A stretch of DNA of 64,000 bases from Auanema rhodensis. Its lineage: Eukaryota; Animalia; Nematoda. Under the pieces are notes generated by a model. That model did not search any database and was not told where the DNA came from. It was given only the letters and a program-made list of their open reading frames with translations. The number at the start of each line of letters is the position of its first letter. Positions within the stretch are counted from its first letter, which is position 1. Position numbers and translations under genes: made by a program. The stretch spans positions 4,650,001-4,714,000 of the forward strand of contig OZ059900.1 in assembly GCA_964057225.1 (NCBI GenBank), given 5' to 3'. Shown here piece by piece: positions 27,601 to 41,800 of the stretch.

Positions 27601-30600
27601 AGATCACTTTCTTTGGATACTTAGGTGATATAGCTACCTGTTCACAAAAAATTGGAAGTCCTGGTTACCATGCATCAAACCCATTAAGATTGTGTTTCTA
27701 GACTAATATGACCATGATGACTTCATTGAAATTCACAGTATTCTTCTATCTTCAACGGTATCCGAGTTACAAATCAAGATCACTTTCTTTGGATACTTAG
27801 GTGGTATAGCTACCTGTTCACAAAAAATTCGAAGTCTTGGTTACCATGCATCAAATCCTTTAAGATAGTGTTTCTAGACTAATATAACCATGGGGACTTC
27901 ATTAAATTTCACAGTATTCTTCTATCTTCAACGGTATCCGAGTTACAAATCAAGATCACTTTCTTTGGATACTTAGGTGGTATAGCTACCTCTTCACAAA
28001 AAATTGGAAGTCCTGGTTACCATGCATCAAACCCATTAAGATTGTGTTTCTAGACTAATATGACCATGATGACTTCATTGAAATTCACAGTATTCTTCTA
28101 TCTTCAACGGTATCCGAGTTACAAATCAAGATCACTTTCTTTGGATACTTAGGTGGTATAGCTACCTGTTCACAAAAAATTGGAAGTCCTGGTTACCATG
28201 CATCAAACCCATTAAGATAGTGTTTCTAGACTAATATAACCAAGGGGACTTCATTAAAATTAACAGTATTCTTCTATCTTCAACGGTATCCGAGTTACAA
28301 ATCAAGATCACTTTCTTTGGATACTTAGGTGGTATAGCTACCTGTTCACAAAAAATTCGAAGTCTTGGTTACCATGCATCAAATCCTTTAAGATAGTGTT
28401 TCTAGACTAATATAACCATGGGGACTTCATTAAATTTCACAGTATTCTTCTATCTTCAACGGTATCCGAGTTACAAATCAAGATCACTTTCTTTGGATAC
28501 TTAGGTGGTATAGCTACCTGTTCACAAAAAATTGGACGTCTTGGTTACCATGCATCAAACCCATTAAGATTGTGTTTCTAGACTAATATGACCATGGGGA
28601 CTTCTTTAAATTTCACAGTATTCTTCTATCTTTAACGGTATCCGAGTTACAAATCAAGATCACTTTCTTTGGATACTTAGGTGATATAGCTACCTGTTCA
28701 CAAAAAATTGGAAGTCCTGGTTACCATGCATCAAACCCATTAAGATTGTGTTTCTAGACTAATATGACCATGATGACTTCATTGAAATTCACAGTATTCT
28801 TCTATCTTCAACGGTATCCGAGTTACAAATCAAGATCACTTTCTTTGGATACTTAGGTGGTATAGCTACCTGTTCACAAAAAATTCGAAGTCTTGGTTAC
28901 CATGCATCAAATCCTTTAAGATAGTGTTTCTAGACTAATATAACCATGGGGACTTCATTAAATTTCACAGTATTCTTCTATCTTCAACGGTATCCGAGTT
29001 ACAAATCAAGATCACTTTCTTTGGATACTTAGGTGGTATAGCTACCTGTTCACAAAAAATTGGAAGTCCTGGTTACCATGCATCAAACCCATTAAGATTG
29101 TGTTTCTAGACTAATATGACCATGATGACTTCATTAAATTTCACAGTATTCTTCTATCTTCAACGGTATCCGAGTTACAAATCAAGATCACTTTCTTTGG
29201 ATACTTAGGTGGTATAGCTACCTGTTCACAAAAAATTGGAAGTCCTGGTTACCATGCATCAAACCCATTAAGATTGTGTTTCTAGACTAATATGACCATG
29301 CTGACTTCATTGAAATTCACAGTATTCTTTTATCTTTAACGGTATCCGAGTTACAAATCAAGATCACTTTCTTTGGATACTTAGGTGGTATAGCTACCTG
29401 TTCACAAAAAATTGGAAGTCCTGGTTACCATGCATCAAACCCATTAAGATTGTGTTTCTAGACTAATATGACCATGAGAAATTCATTAAATTTCACAGTA
29501 TTCTTCTATCTTCAACGGTATCCGAGTTACAAATCAAGATCACTTTCTTTGGATACTTAGGTGGTATAGCTACCTGTTCACAAAAAATTGGAAGTCTTGG
29601 TTACCATGCATCAAATCCTTTAAGATAGTGTTTCTAGACTAATATAACCATGAGAAATTCATTTAAGTTCACAGTATTCTTCTATCTTTAACGGTATCCG
29701 AGTTACAAATCAAGATCACTTTCTTTGGATACTTAGGTGGTATAGCTACCTGTTCACAAAAAATTGGAAGTCCTGGTTACCATGCATCAAACCCATTAAG
29801 ATTGTGTTTCTAGACTAATATGACCATGATGACTTCATTAAATTTCACAGTATTCTTCTATCTTCAACGGTATCCGAGTTACAAATCAAGATCACTTTCT
29901 TTGGATACTTAGGTGGTATAGCTACCTGTTCACAAAAAATTCGAAGTCTTGGTTACCATGCATCAAATCCTTTAAGATAGTGTTTCTAGACTAATATAAC
30001 CATGGGGACTTCATTAAATTTCACAGTATTCTTCTGTCTTCAACGGTATCCGAGTTACAAATCAAGATCACTTTCTTTGGATACTTAGGTGGTATAGCTA
30101 CCTGTTCACAAAAAATTGGACGTCTTGGTTACCATGCATCAAACCCATTAAGATTGTGTTTCTAGACTAATATGACCATGATGACTCCATTAAATTTCAC
30201 AGTATTCTTTTATCTTTAACGGTATCCGAGTTACAAATCAAGATCACTTTCTTTGGATACTTAGGTGATATAGCTACCTGTTCACAAAAAATTGGAAGTC
30301 CTGGTTACCATGCATCAAACCCATTAAGATTGTGTTTCTAGACTAATATGACCATGATGACTTCATTGAAATTCACAGTATTCTTCTATCTTCAACGGTA
30401 TCCGAGTTACAAATCAAGATCACTTTCTTTGGATACTTAGGTGGTATAGCTACCTGTTCACAAAAAATTCGAAGTCTTGGTTACCATGCATCAAATCCTT
30501 TAAGATAGTGTTTCTAGACTAATATAACCATGGGGACTTCATTAAATTTCACAGTATTCTTCTATCTTCAACGGTATCCGAGTTACAAATCAAGATCACT

Positions 30601-33285
30601 TTCTTTGGATACTTAGGTGGTATAGCTACCTCTTCACAAAAAATTGGAAGTCCTGGTTACCATGCATCAAACCCATTAAGATTGTGTTTCTAGACTAATA
30701 TGACCATGATGACTTCATTGAAATTCACAGTATTCTTCTATCTTCAACGGTATCCGAGTTACAAATCAAGATCACTTTCTTTGGATACTTAGGTGGTATA
30801 GCTACCTGTTCACAAAAAATTGGAAGTCCTGGTTACCATGCATCAAACCCATTAAGATAGTGTTTCTAGACTAATATAACCAAGGGGACTTCATTAAAAT
30901 TAACAGTATTCTTCTATCTTCAACGGTATCCGAGTTACAAATCAAGATCACTTTCTTTGGATACTTAGGTGGTATAGCTACCTGTTCACAAAAAATTGGA
31001 AGTCCTGGTTACCATGCATCAAACCCATTAAGATTGTGTTTCTAGACTAATATGACCATGATGACTTCATTAAATTTCACAGTATTCTTCTATCTTCAAC
31101 GGTATCCGAGTTACAAATCAAGATCACTTTCTTTGGATACTTAGGTGGTATAGCTACCTGTTCACAAAAAATTGGAAGTCCTGGTTACCATGCATCAAAC
31201 CCATTAAGATTGTGTTTCTAGACTAATATGACCATGCTGACTTCATTGAAATTCACAGTATTCTTTTATCTTTAACGGTATCCGAGTTACAAATCAAGAT
31301 CACTTTCTTTGGATACTTAGGTGGTATAGCTACCTGTTCACAAAAAATTGGAAGTCTTGGTTACCATGCATCAAATCCTTTAAGATAGTGTTTCTAGACT
31401 AATATAACCATGGGGACTTCATTAAAATTAACAGTATTCTTTTATCTTCAACGGTATCCGAGTTACAAATCAAGATCACTTTCTTTGGATACTTAGGTGG
31501 TATAGCTACCTGTTCACAAAAAATTGGAAGTCCTGGTTACCATGCATCAAACCCATTAAGATTGTGTTTCTAGACTAATATGACCATGAGAAATTCATTA
31601 AATTTCACAGTATTCTTCTATCTTCAACGGTATCCGAGTTACAAATCAAGATCACTTTCTTTGGATACTTAGGTGGTATAGCTACCTGTTCACAAAAAAT
31701 TGGAAGTCTTGGTTACCATGCATCAAATCCTTTAAGATAGTGTTTCTAGACTAATATAACCATGAGAAATTCATTTAAGTTCACAGTATTCTTCTATCTT
31801 TAACGGTATCCGAGTTACAAATCAAGAACACTTTCTTTGGATACTTAGGTGGTATAGCTACCTGTTCACAAAAAATTGGAAGTCTTGGTTACCATGCATC
31901 AAATCCTTTAAGATAGTGTTTCTAGACTAATATGACCATGGGAAATTCATTTAAGTTCACAGTAGTCTTCTATCTTTAACGGTATCCGAGTTACAAATCA
32001 AGATCACTTTCTTTGGATACTTAGGTGGTATAGCTACCTGTTCACAAAAAATTGGAAGTCCTGGTTACCATGCATCAAACCCATTAAGATTGTGTTTCTA
32101 GACTAATATGACCATGATGACTTCATTAAATTTCACAGTATTCTTTTATCTTTAACGGTATCCGAGTTACAAATCAAGATCACTTTCTTTGGATACTTAG
32201 GTGATATAGCTACCTGTTCACAAAAAATTGGAAGTCCTGGTTACCATGCATCAAACCCATTAAGATTGTGTTTCTAGACTAATATGACCATGATGACTTC
32301 ATTAAATTTCACAGTATTCTTTTATCTTTAACGGTATCCGAGTTACAAATCAAGATCACTTTCTTTGGATACTTAGGTGATATAGCTACCTGTTCACAAA
32401 AAATTGGAAGTCCTGGTTACCATGCATCAAACCCATTAAGATTGTGTTTCTAGACTAATATGACCATGGGAAATTCATTTAAGTTCACAGTAGTCTTCTA
32501 TCTTTAACGGTATCCGAGTTACAAATCAAGATCACTTTCTTTGGATACTTAGGTGGTATAGCTACCTGTTCACAAAAAATTGGAAGTCCTGGTTACCATG
32601 CATCAAACCCATTAAGATTGTGTTTCTAGACTAATATGACCATGATGACTTCATTAAATTTCACAGTATTCTTTTATCTTTAACGGTATCCGAGTTACAA
32701 ATCAAGATCACTTTCTTTGGATACTTAGGTGATATAGCTACCTGTTCACAAAAAATTGGAAGTCCTGGTTACCATGCATCAAACCCATTAAGATTGTGTT
32801 TCTAGACTAATATGACCATGATGACTTCATTGAAATTCACAGTATTCTTCTATCTTCAACGGTATCCGAGTTACAAATCAAGATCACTTTCTTTGGATAC
32901 TTAGGTGGTATAGCTACCTGTTCACAAAAAATTCGAAGTCTTGGTTACCATGCATCAAACCCATTAAGATTGTGTTTCTAGACTAATATGACCATGGGGA
33001 CTTCTTTAAATTTCACAGTATTCTTCTATCTTTAACGGTATCCGAGTTACAAATCAAGATCACTTTCTTTGGATACTTAGGTGATATAGCTACCTGTTCA
33101 CAAAAAATTGGAAGTCCTGGTTACCATGCATCAAACCCATTAAGATTGTGTTTCTAGACTAATATGACCATGATGACTTCATTGAAATTCACAGTATTCT
33201 TCTATCTTCAACGGTATCCGAGTTACAAATCAAGATCACTTTCTTTGGATACTTAGGTGGTATAGCTACCTGTTCACAAAAAATT
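3642..33285. repeat. Direct tandem duplication of 84 monomers (period 14,784 bp): 3642-18501 matches 18426-33285
   Basis: Rare SNPs occur in pairs exactly 14,784 bp apart: ATCACTCTCT 8777/23561, CCATAGGG 9412/24196, GACTCCATT 15403/30187, AAGAACACT 17044/31828, and GATCAATT in monomers 4577 and 4753 versus 19361 and 19537. The match ends at 3641/18425 (T/C) and 18502/33286 (G/C). Confidence 0.93.
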
Positions 33286-34672
33286 CGAAGTCTTGGTTAC
33301 CATGCATCAAATCCTTTAAGATAGTGTTTCTAGACTAATATAACCATGGGGACTTCATTAAATTTCACAGTATTCTTCTATCTTCAACGGTATCCGAGTT
33401 ACAAATCAAGATCACTTTCTTTGGATACTTAGGTGGTATAGCTACCTGTTCACAAAAAATTGGACGTCTTGGTTACCATGCATCAAACCCATTAAGATTG
33501 TGTTTCTAGACTAATATGACCATGGGGACTTCTTTAAATTTCACAGTATTCTTCTATCTTTAACGGTATCCGAGTTACAAATCAAGATCACTTTCTTTGG
33601 ATACTTAGGTGGTATAGCTACCTGTTCACAAAAAATTCGAAGTCTTGGTTACCATGCATCAAATCCTTTAAGATAGTGTTTCTAGACTAATATAACCATG
33701 GGGACTTCCTTAAATTTAACAGTATTCTTCTATCTTCAACGGTATTCGAGTTACAAATCAAGATCACTTTCTTTGGATACTTAGGTGGTATAGCTACCTG
33801 TTCACAAAAAATTGGACGTCTTGGTTACCATGCATCAAACCCATTAAGATTGTGTTTCTAGACTAATATGACCATGATGACTTCATTAAATTTCACAGTA
33901 TTCTTCTATCTTCAACGGTATCCGAGTTACAAATCAAGATCACTTTCTTTGGATACTTAGGTGGTATAGCTACCTGTTCACAAAAAATTGGACGTCTTGG
34001 TTACCATGCATCAAACCCATTAAGATTGTGTTTCTAGACTAATATGACCATGATGACTTCATTAAATTTCACAGTATTCTTCTATCTTCAACGGTATCCG
34101 AGTTACAAATCAAGATCACTTTCTTTGGATACTTAGGTGGTATAGCTACCTGTTCACAAAAAATTGGAAGTCCTGGTTACCATGCATCAAACCCATTAAG
34201 ATTGTGTTTCTAGACTAATATGACCATGATGACTTCATTGAAATTCACAGTATTCTTCTATCTTCAACGGTATCCGAGTTACAAATCAAGATCACTTTCT
34301 TTGGATACTTAGATGGTATAGCTACCTGTTCACAAAAAATTCGAAGTCTTGGTTACCATGCATCAAATCCTTTAAGATAGTGTTTCTAGACTAATATGAC
34401 CATGGGGACTTCATTAAAATTAACAGTATTCTTTTATCTTCAACGGTATCCGAGTTACAAATCAAGATCACTTTCTTTGGATACTTAGGTGGTATAGCTA
34501 CCTGTTCACAAAAAATTGGAAGTCCTGGTTACCATGCATCAAACCCATTAAGATTGTGTTTCTAGACTAATATGACCATGATGACTTCATTGAAATTCAC
34601 AGTATTCTTCTATCTTCAACGGTATCCGAGTTACAAATCAAGATCACTTTCTTTGGATACTTAGGTGGTATA

Positions 34673-35728
34673 GCTACCTGTTCACAAAAAATTGGAAGTC
34701 TTGGTTACCATGCATCAAATCCTTTAAGATAGTGTTTCTAGACTAATATAACCATGGGGACTTCATTAAATTTCACAGTATTCTTCTATCTTTAACGGTA
34801 TCCGAGTTACAAATCAAGATCACTTTCCTTGGATACTTAGGTGGTATAGCTACCTGTTCACAAAAAATTGGAAGTCCTGGTTACCATGCATCAAACCCAT
34901 TAAGATTGTGTTTCTAGACTAATATAACCATGGGGACTTCATTAAATTTCACAGTATTCTTCTATCTTTAACGGTATCCGAGTTACAAATCAAGATCACT
35001 TTCTTTGGATACTTAGGTGGTATAGCTACCTGTTCACAAAAAATTCGAAGTCTTGGTTACCATGCATCAAATCCTTTAAGATAGTGTTTCTAGACTAATA
35101 TAACCATGGGGACTTCCTTAAATTTAACAGTATTCTTCTATCTTCAACGGTATCCGAGTTACAAATCAAGATCACTTTCTTTGGATACTTAGGTGGTATA
35201 GCTACCTGTTCACAAAAAATTGGAAGTCTTGGTTACCATGCATCAAATCCTTTAAGATAGTGTTTCTAGACTAATATAACCATGGGGACTTCATTAAATT
35301 TCACAGTATTCTTCTATCTTTAACGGTATCCGAGTTACAAATCAAGATCACTTTCCTTGGATACTTAGGTGGTATAGCTACCTGTTCACAAAAAATTGGA
35401 AGTCCTGGTTACCATGCATCAAACCCATTAAGATTGTGTTTCTAGACTAATATAACCATGGGGACTTCATTAAATTTCACAGTATTCTTCTATCTTTAAC
35501 GGTATCCGAGTTACAAATCAAGATCACTTTCTTTGGATACTTAGGTGGTATAGCTACCTGTTCACAAAAAATTCGAAGTCTTGGTTACCATGCATCAAAT
35601 CCTTTAAGATAGTGTTTCTAGACTAATATAACCATGGGGACTTCCTTAAATTTAACAGTATTCTTCTATCTTCAACGGTATCCGAGTTACAAATCAAGAT
35701 CACTTTCTTTGGATACTTAGGTGGTATA
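34673..35728. repeat. 3-monomer tandem duplication (2 x 528 bp)
   Basis: The same three monomer types, in the same order, start at 34673 and 35201 (TTCCTTGG type; CCC-TAAC-GGGG type; TCG with TTCCTTAAATTTAAC type). Confidence 0.8.
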
Positions 35729-36080
35729 GCTACCTGTTCACAAAAAATTGGACGTCTTGGTTACCATGCATCAAACCCATTAAGATTGTGTTTCTAGACT
35801 AATATGACCATGATGACTTCATTAAATTTCACAGTATTCTTCTATCTTCAACGGTATCCGAGTTACAAATCAAGATCACTTTCTTTGGATACTTAGGTGG
35901 TATAGCTACCTGTTCACAAAAAATTGGAAGTCCTGGTTACCATGCATCAAACCCATTAAGATTGTGTTTCTAGACTAATATGACCATGATGACTTCATTA
36001 AATTTCACAGTATTCTTCTATCTTCAACGGTATCCGAGTTACAAATCAAGATCACTTTCTTTGGATACTTAGGTGGTATA

Positions 36081-37664
36081 GCTACCTGTTCACAAAAAAT
36101 TCGAAGTCTTGGTTACCATGCATCAAATCCTTTAAGATAGTGTTTCTAGACTAATATAACCATGGGGACTTCATTAAAATTAACAGTATTCTTTTATCTT
36201 TAACGGTATCCGAGTTACAAATCAAGATCACTTTCTTTGGATACTTAGGTGGTATAGCTACCTGTTCACAAAAAATTGGAAGTCCTGGTTACCATGCATC
36301 AAACCCATTAAGATTGTGTTTCTAGACTAATATGACCATGATGACTTCATTGAAATTCACAGTATTCTTCTATCTTCAACGGTATCCGAGTTACAAATCA
36401 AGATCACTTTCTTTGGATACTTAGGTGGTATAGCTACCTGTTCACAAAAAATTGGAAGTCCTGGTTACCATGCATCAAACCCATTAAGATTGTGTTTCTA
36501 GACTAATATGACCATGATGACTTCATTGAAATTCACAGTATTCTTCTATCTTCAACGGTATCCGAGTTACAAATCAAGATCACTTTCTTTGGATACTTAG
36601 GTGGTATAGCTACCTGTTCACAAAAAATTGGAAGTCTTGGTTACCATGCATCAAACCCATTAAGATTGTGTTTCTAGACTAATATGACCATGATGACTTC
36701 ATTGAAATTCACAGTATTCTTCTATCTTCAACGGTATCCGAGTTACAAATCAAGATCACTTTCTTTGGATACTTAGGTGGTATAGCTACCTGTTCACAAA
36801 AAATTCGAAGTCTTGGTTACCATGCATCAAATCCTTTAAGATAGTGTTTCTAGACTAATATAACCATGGGGACTTCATTAAAATTAACAGTATTCTTTTA
36901 TCTTCAACGGTATCCGAGTTACAAATCAAGATCACTTTCTTTGGATACTTAGGTGGTATAGCTACCTGTTCACAAAAAATTGGAAGTCCTGGTTACCATG
37001 CATCAAACCCATTAAGATTGTGTTTCTAGACTAATATGACCATGATGACTTCATTGAAATTCACAGTATTCTTCTATCTTCAACGGTATCCGAGTTACAA
37101 ATCAAGATCACTTTCTTTGGATACTTAGGTGGTATAGCTACCTGTTCACAAAAAATTGGAAGTCTTGGTTACCATGCATCAAACCCATTAAGATTGTGTT
37201 TCTAGACTAATATAACCATGGGGACTTCATTAAATTTCACAGTATTCTTCTATCTTTAACGGTATCCGAGTTACAAATCAAGATCACTTTCCTTGGATAC
37301 TTAGGTGGTATAGCTACCTGTTCACAAAAAATTGGAAGTCCTGGTTACCATGCATCAAACCCATTAAGATTGTGTTTCTAGACTAATATAACCATGGGGA
37401 CTTCATTAAATTTCACAGTATTCTTCTATCTTTAACGGTATCCGAGTTACAAATCAAGATCACTTTCTTTGGATACTTAGGTGGTATAGCTACCTGTTCA
37501 CAAAAAATTCGAAGTCTTGGTTACCATGCATCAAATCCTTTAAGATAGTGTTTCTAGACTAATATAACCATGGGGACTTCCTTAAATTTAACAGTATTCT
37601 TCTATCTTCAACGGTATCCGAGTTACAAATCAAGATCACTTTCTTTGGATACTTAGGTGGTATA
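36081..37664. repeat. 9-monomer higher-order unit (1584 bp), full copy at 52273-53856 and partial or variant copies from 37665 and 50689
   Basis: Monomer types match one by one between 36081-37664 and 52273-53856. The first monomer of the unit recurs at 1584-bp spacing (36081/37665 and 50689/52273). Confidence 0.78.
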
Positions 37665-38824
37665 GCTACCTGTTCACAAAAAATTCGAAGTCTTGGTTAC
37701 CATGCATCAAATCCTTTAAGATAGTGTTTCTAGACTAATATAACCATGGGGACTTCATTAAAATTAACAGTATTCTTTTATCTTTAACGGTATCCGAGTT
37801 ACAAATCAAGATCACTTTCTTTGGATACTTAGGTGGTATAGCTACCTGTTCACAAAAAATTGGAAGTCCTGGTTACCATGCATCAAACCCATTAAGATTG
37901 TGTTTCTAGACTAATATGACCATGATGACTTCATTGAAATTCACAGTATTCTTCTATCTTCAACGGTATCCGAGTTACAAATCAAGATCACTTTCTTTGG
38001 ATACTTAGGTGGTATAGCTACCTGTTCACAAAAAATTGGAAGTCCTGGTTACCATGCATCAAACCCATTAAGATTGTGTTTCTAGACTAATATGACCATG
38101 ATGACTTCATTGAAATTCACAGTATTCTTCTATCTTCAACGGTATCCGAGTTACAAATCAAGATCACTTTCTTTGGATACTTAGGTGGTATAGCTACCTG
38201 TTCACAAAAAATTGGAAGTCTTGGTTACCATGCATCAAACCCATTAAGATTGTGTTTCTAGACTAATATGACCATGATGACTTCATTGAAATTCACAGTA
38301 TTCTTCTATCTTCAACGGTATCCGAGTTACAAATCAAGATCACTTTCTTTGGATACTTAGGTGGTATAGCTACCTGTTCACAAAAAATTCGAAGTCTTGG
38401 TTACCATGCATCAAATCCTTTAAGATAGTGTTTCTAGACTAATATAACCATGGGGACTTCATTAAATTTCACAGTATTCTTCTATCTTTAACGGTATCCG
38501 AGTTACAAATCAAGATCACTTTCCTTGGATACTTAGGTGGTATAGCTACCTGTTCACAAAAAATTGGAAGTCCTGGTTACCATGCATCAAACCCATTAAG
38601 ATTGTGTTTCTAGACTAATATGACCATGATGACTTCATTGAAATTCACAGTATTCTTCTATCTTCAACGGTATCCGAGTTACAAATCAAGATCACTTTCT
38701 TTGGATACTTAGGTGGTATAGCTACCTGTTCACAAAAAATTCGAAGTCTTGGTTACCATGCATCAAATCCTTTAAGATAGTGTTTCTAGACTAATATAAC
38801 CATGGGGACTTCATTAAATTTCAC

Positions 38825-41800
38825 AGTATTCTTTTATCTTCAACGGTATCCGAGTTACAAATCAAGATCACTTTCTTTGGATACTTAGGTGGTATAGCTA
38901 CCTGTTCACAAAAAATTGGAAGTCCTGGTTACCATGCATCAAACCCATTAAGATTGTGTTTCTAGACTAATATGACCATGATGACTTCATTGAAATTCAC
39001 AGTATTCTTCTATCTTCAACGGTATCCGAGTTACAAATCAAGATCACTTTCTTTGGATACTTAGGTGGTATAGCTACCTGTTCACAAAAAATTGGAAGTC
39101 TTGGTTACCATGCATCAAACCCATTAAGATTGTGTTTCTAGACTAATATAACCATGGGGACTTCATTAAATTTCACAGTATTCTTCTATCTTTAACGGTA
39201 TCCGAGTTACAAATCAAGATCACTTTCCTTGGATACTTAGGTGGTATAGCTACCTGTTCACAAAAAATTGGAAGTCCTGGTTACCATGCATCAAACCCAT
39301 TAAGATTGTGTTTCTAGACTAATATAACCATGGGGACTTCATTAAATTTCACAGTATTCTTCTATCTTTAACGGTATCCGAGTTACAAATCAAGATCACT
39401 TTCTTTGGATACTTAGGTGGTATAGCTACCTGTTCACAAAAAATTCGAAGTCTTGGTTACCATGCATCAAATCCTTTAAGATAGTGTTTCTAGACTAATA
39501 TAACCATGGGGACTTCCTTAAATTTAACAGTATTCTTCTATCTTCAACGGTATCCGAGTTACAAATCAAGATCACTTTCTTTGGATACTTAGGTGGTATA
39601 GCTACCTGTTCACAAAAAATTGGAAGTCCTGGTTACCATGCATCAAACCCATTAAGATTGTGTTCCTAGACTAATATAACCATGGGGACTTCATTAAATT
39701 TCACAGTATTCTTCTATCTTTAACGGTATCCGAGTTACAAATCAAGATCACTTTCTTTGGATACTTAGGTGGTATAGCTACCTGTTCACAAAAAATTCGA
39801 AGTCTTGGTTACCATGCATCAAATCCTTTAAGATAGTGTTTCTAGACTAATATAACCATGGGGACTTCATTAAAATTAACAGTATTCTTTTATCTTCAAC
39901 GGTATCCGAGTTACAAATCAAGATCACTTTCTTTGGATACTTAGGTGGTATAGCTACCTGTTCACAAAAAATTGGAAGTCCTGGTTACCATGCATCAAAC
40001 CCATTAAGATTGTGTTTCTAGACTAATATGACCATGATGACTTCATTGAAATTCACAGTATTCTTCTATCTTCAACGGTATCCGAGTTACAAATCAAGAT
40101 CACTTTCTTTGGATACTTAGGTGGTATAGCTACCTGTTCACAAAAAATTGGAAGTCCTGGTTACCATGCATCAAACCCATTAAGATTGTGTTTCTAGACT
40201 AATATAACCATGGGGACTTCATTAAATTTCACAGTATTCTTCTATCTTTAACGGTATCCGAGTTACAAATCAAGATCACTTTCTTTGGATACTTAGGTGG
40301 TATAGCTACCTGTTCACAAAAAATTCGAAGTCTTGGTTACCATGCATCAAATCCTTTAAGATAGTGTTTCTAGACTAATATAACCATGGGGACTTCCTTA
40401 AATTTAACAGTTTTCTTCTATCTTCAACGGTATCCGAGTTACAAATCAAGATCACTTTCTTTGGATACTTAGGTGGTATAGCTACCTGTTCACAAAAAAT
40501 TGGACGTCTTGGTTACCATGCATCAAACCCATTAAGATTGTGTTTCTAGACTAATATGACCATGATGACTTCATTAAATTTCACAGTATTCTTCTATCTT
40601 CAACGGTATCCGAGTTACAAATCAAGATCACTTTCTTTGGATACTTAGGTGGTATAGCTACCTGTTCACAAAAAATTGGAAGTCCTGGTTACCATGCATC
40701 AAACCCATTAAGATTGTGTTTCTAGACTAATATGACCATGATGACTTCATTAAATTTCACAGTATTCTTCTATCTTCAACGGTATCCGAGTTACAAATCA
40801 AGATCACTTTCTTTGGATACTTAGGTGGTATAGCTACCTGTTCACAAAAAATTGGAAGTCTTGGTTACCATGCATCAAACCCATTAAGATTGTGTTTCTA
40901 GACTAATATGACCATGGGGACTTCTTTAAATTTCACAGTATTCTTCTATCTTTAACGGTATCCGAGTTACAAATCAAGATCACTTTCTTTGGATACTTAG
41001 GTGGTATAGCTACCTGTTCACAAAAAATTCGAAGTCTTGGTTACCATGCATCAAATCCTTTAAGATAGTGTTTCTAGACTAATATAACCATGGGGACTTC
41101 ATTAAATTTCACAGTATTCTTCTATCTTCAACGGTATCCGAGTTACAAATCAAGATCACTTTCTTTGGATACTTAGGTGGTATAGCTACCTGTTCACAAA
41201 AAATTGGAAGTCCTGGTTACCATGCATCAAACCCATTAAGATTGTGTTTCTAGACTAATATGACCATGATGACTTCATTGAAATTCACAGTATTCTTCTA
41301 TCTTCAACGGTATCCGAGTTACAAATCAAGATCACTTTCTTTGGATACTTAGGTGGTATAGCTACCTGTTCACAAAAAATTCGAAGTCTTGGTTACCATG
41401 CATCAAATCCTTTAAGATAGTGTTTCTAGACTAATATAACCATGGGGACTTCATTAAATTTCACAGTATTCTTCTATCTTCAACGGTATCCGAGTTACAA
41501 ATCAAGATCACTTTCTTTGGATACTTAGGTGGTATAGCTACCTGTTCACAAAAAATTCGAAGTCTTGGTTACCATGCATCAAATCCTTTAAGATAGTGTT
41601 TCTAGACTAATATAACCATGGGGACTTCATTAAATTTCACAGTATTCATCTATCTTCAACGGTATCCGAGTTACAAATCAAGATCACTTTCTTTGGATAC
41701 TTAGGTGGTATAGCTACCTGTTCACAAAAAATTCGAAGTCTTGGTTACCATGCATCAAATCCTTTAAGATAGTGTTTCTAGACTAATATAACCATGGGGA

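Noticed and set aside
33746-33746. Singleton C>T in the conserved half (GGTATTCGAG)
   Set aside because: A single occurrence fits methyl-C deamination or a consensus error, and cannot be interpreted alone.
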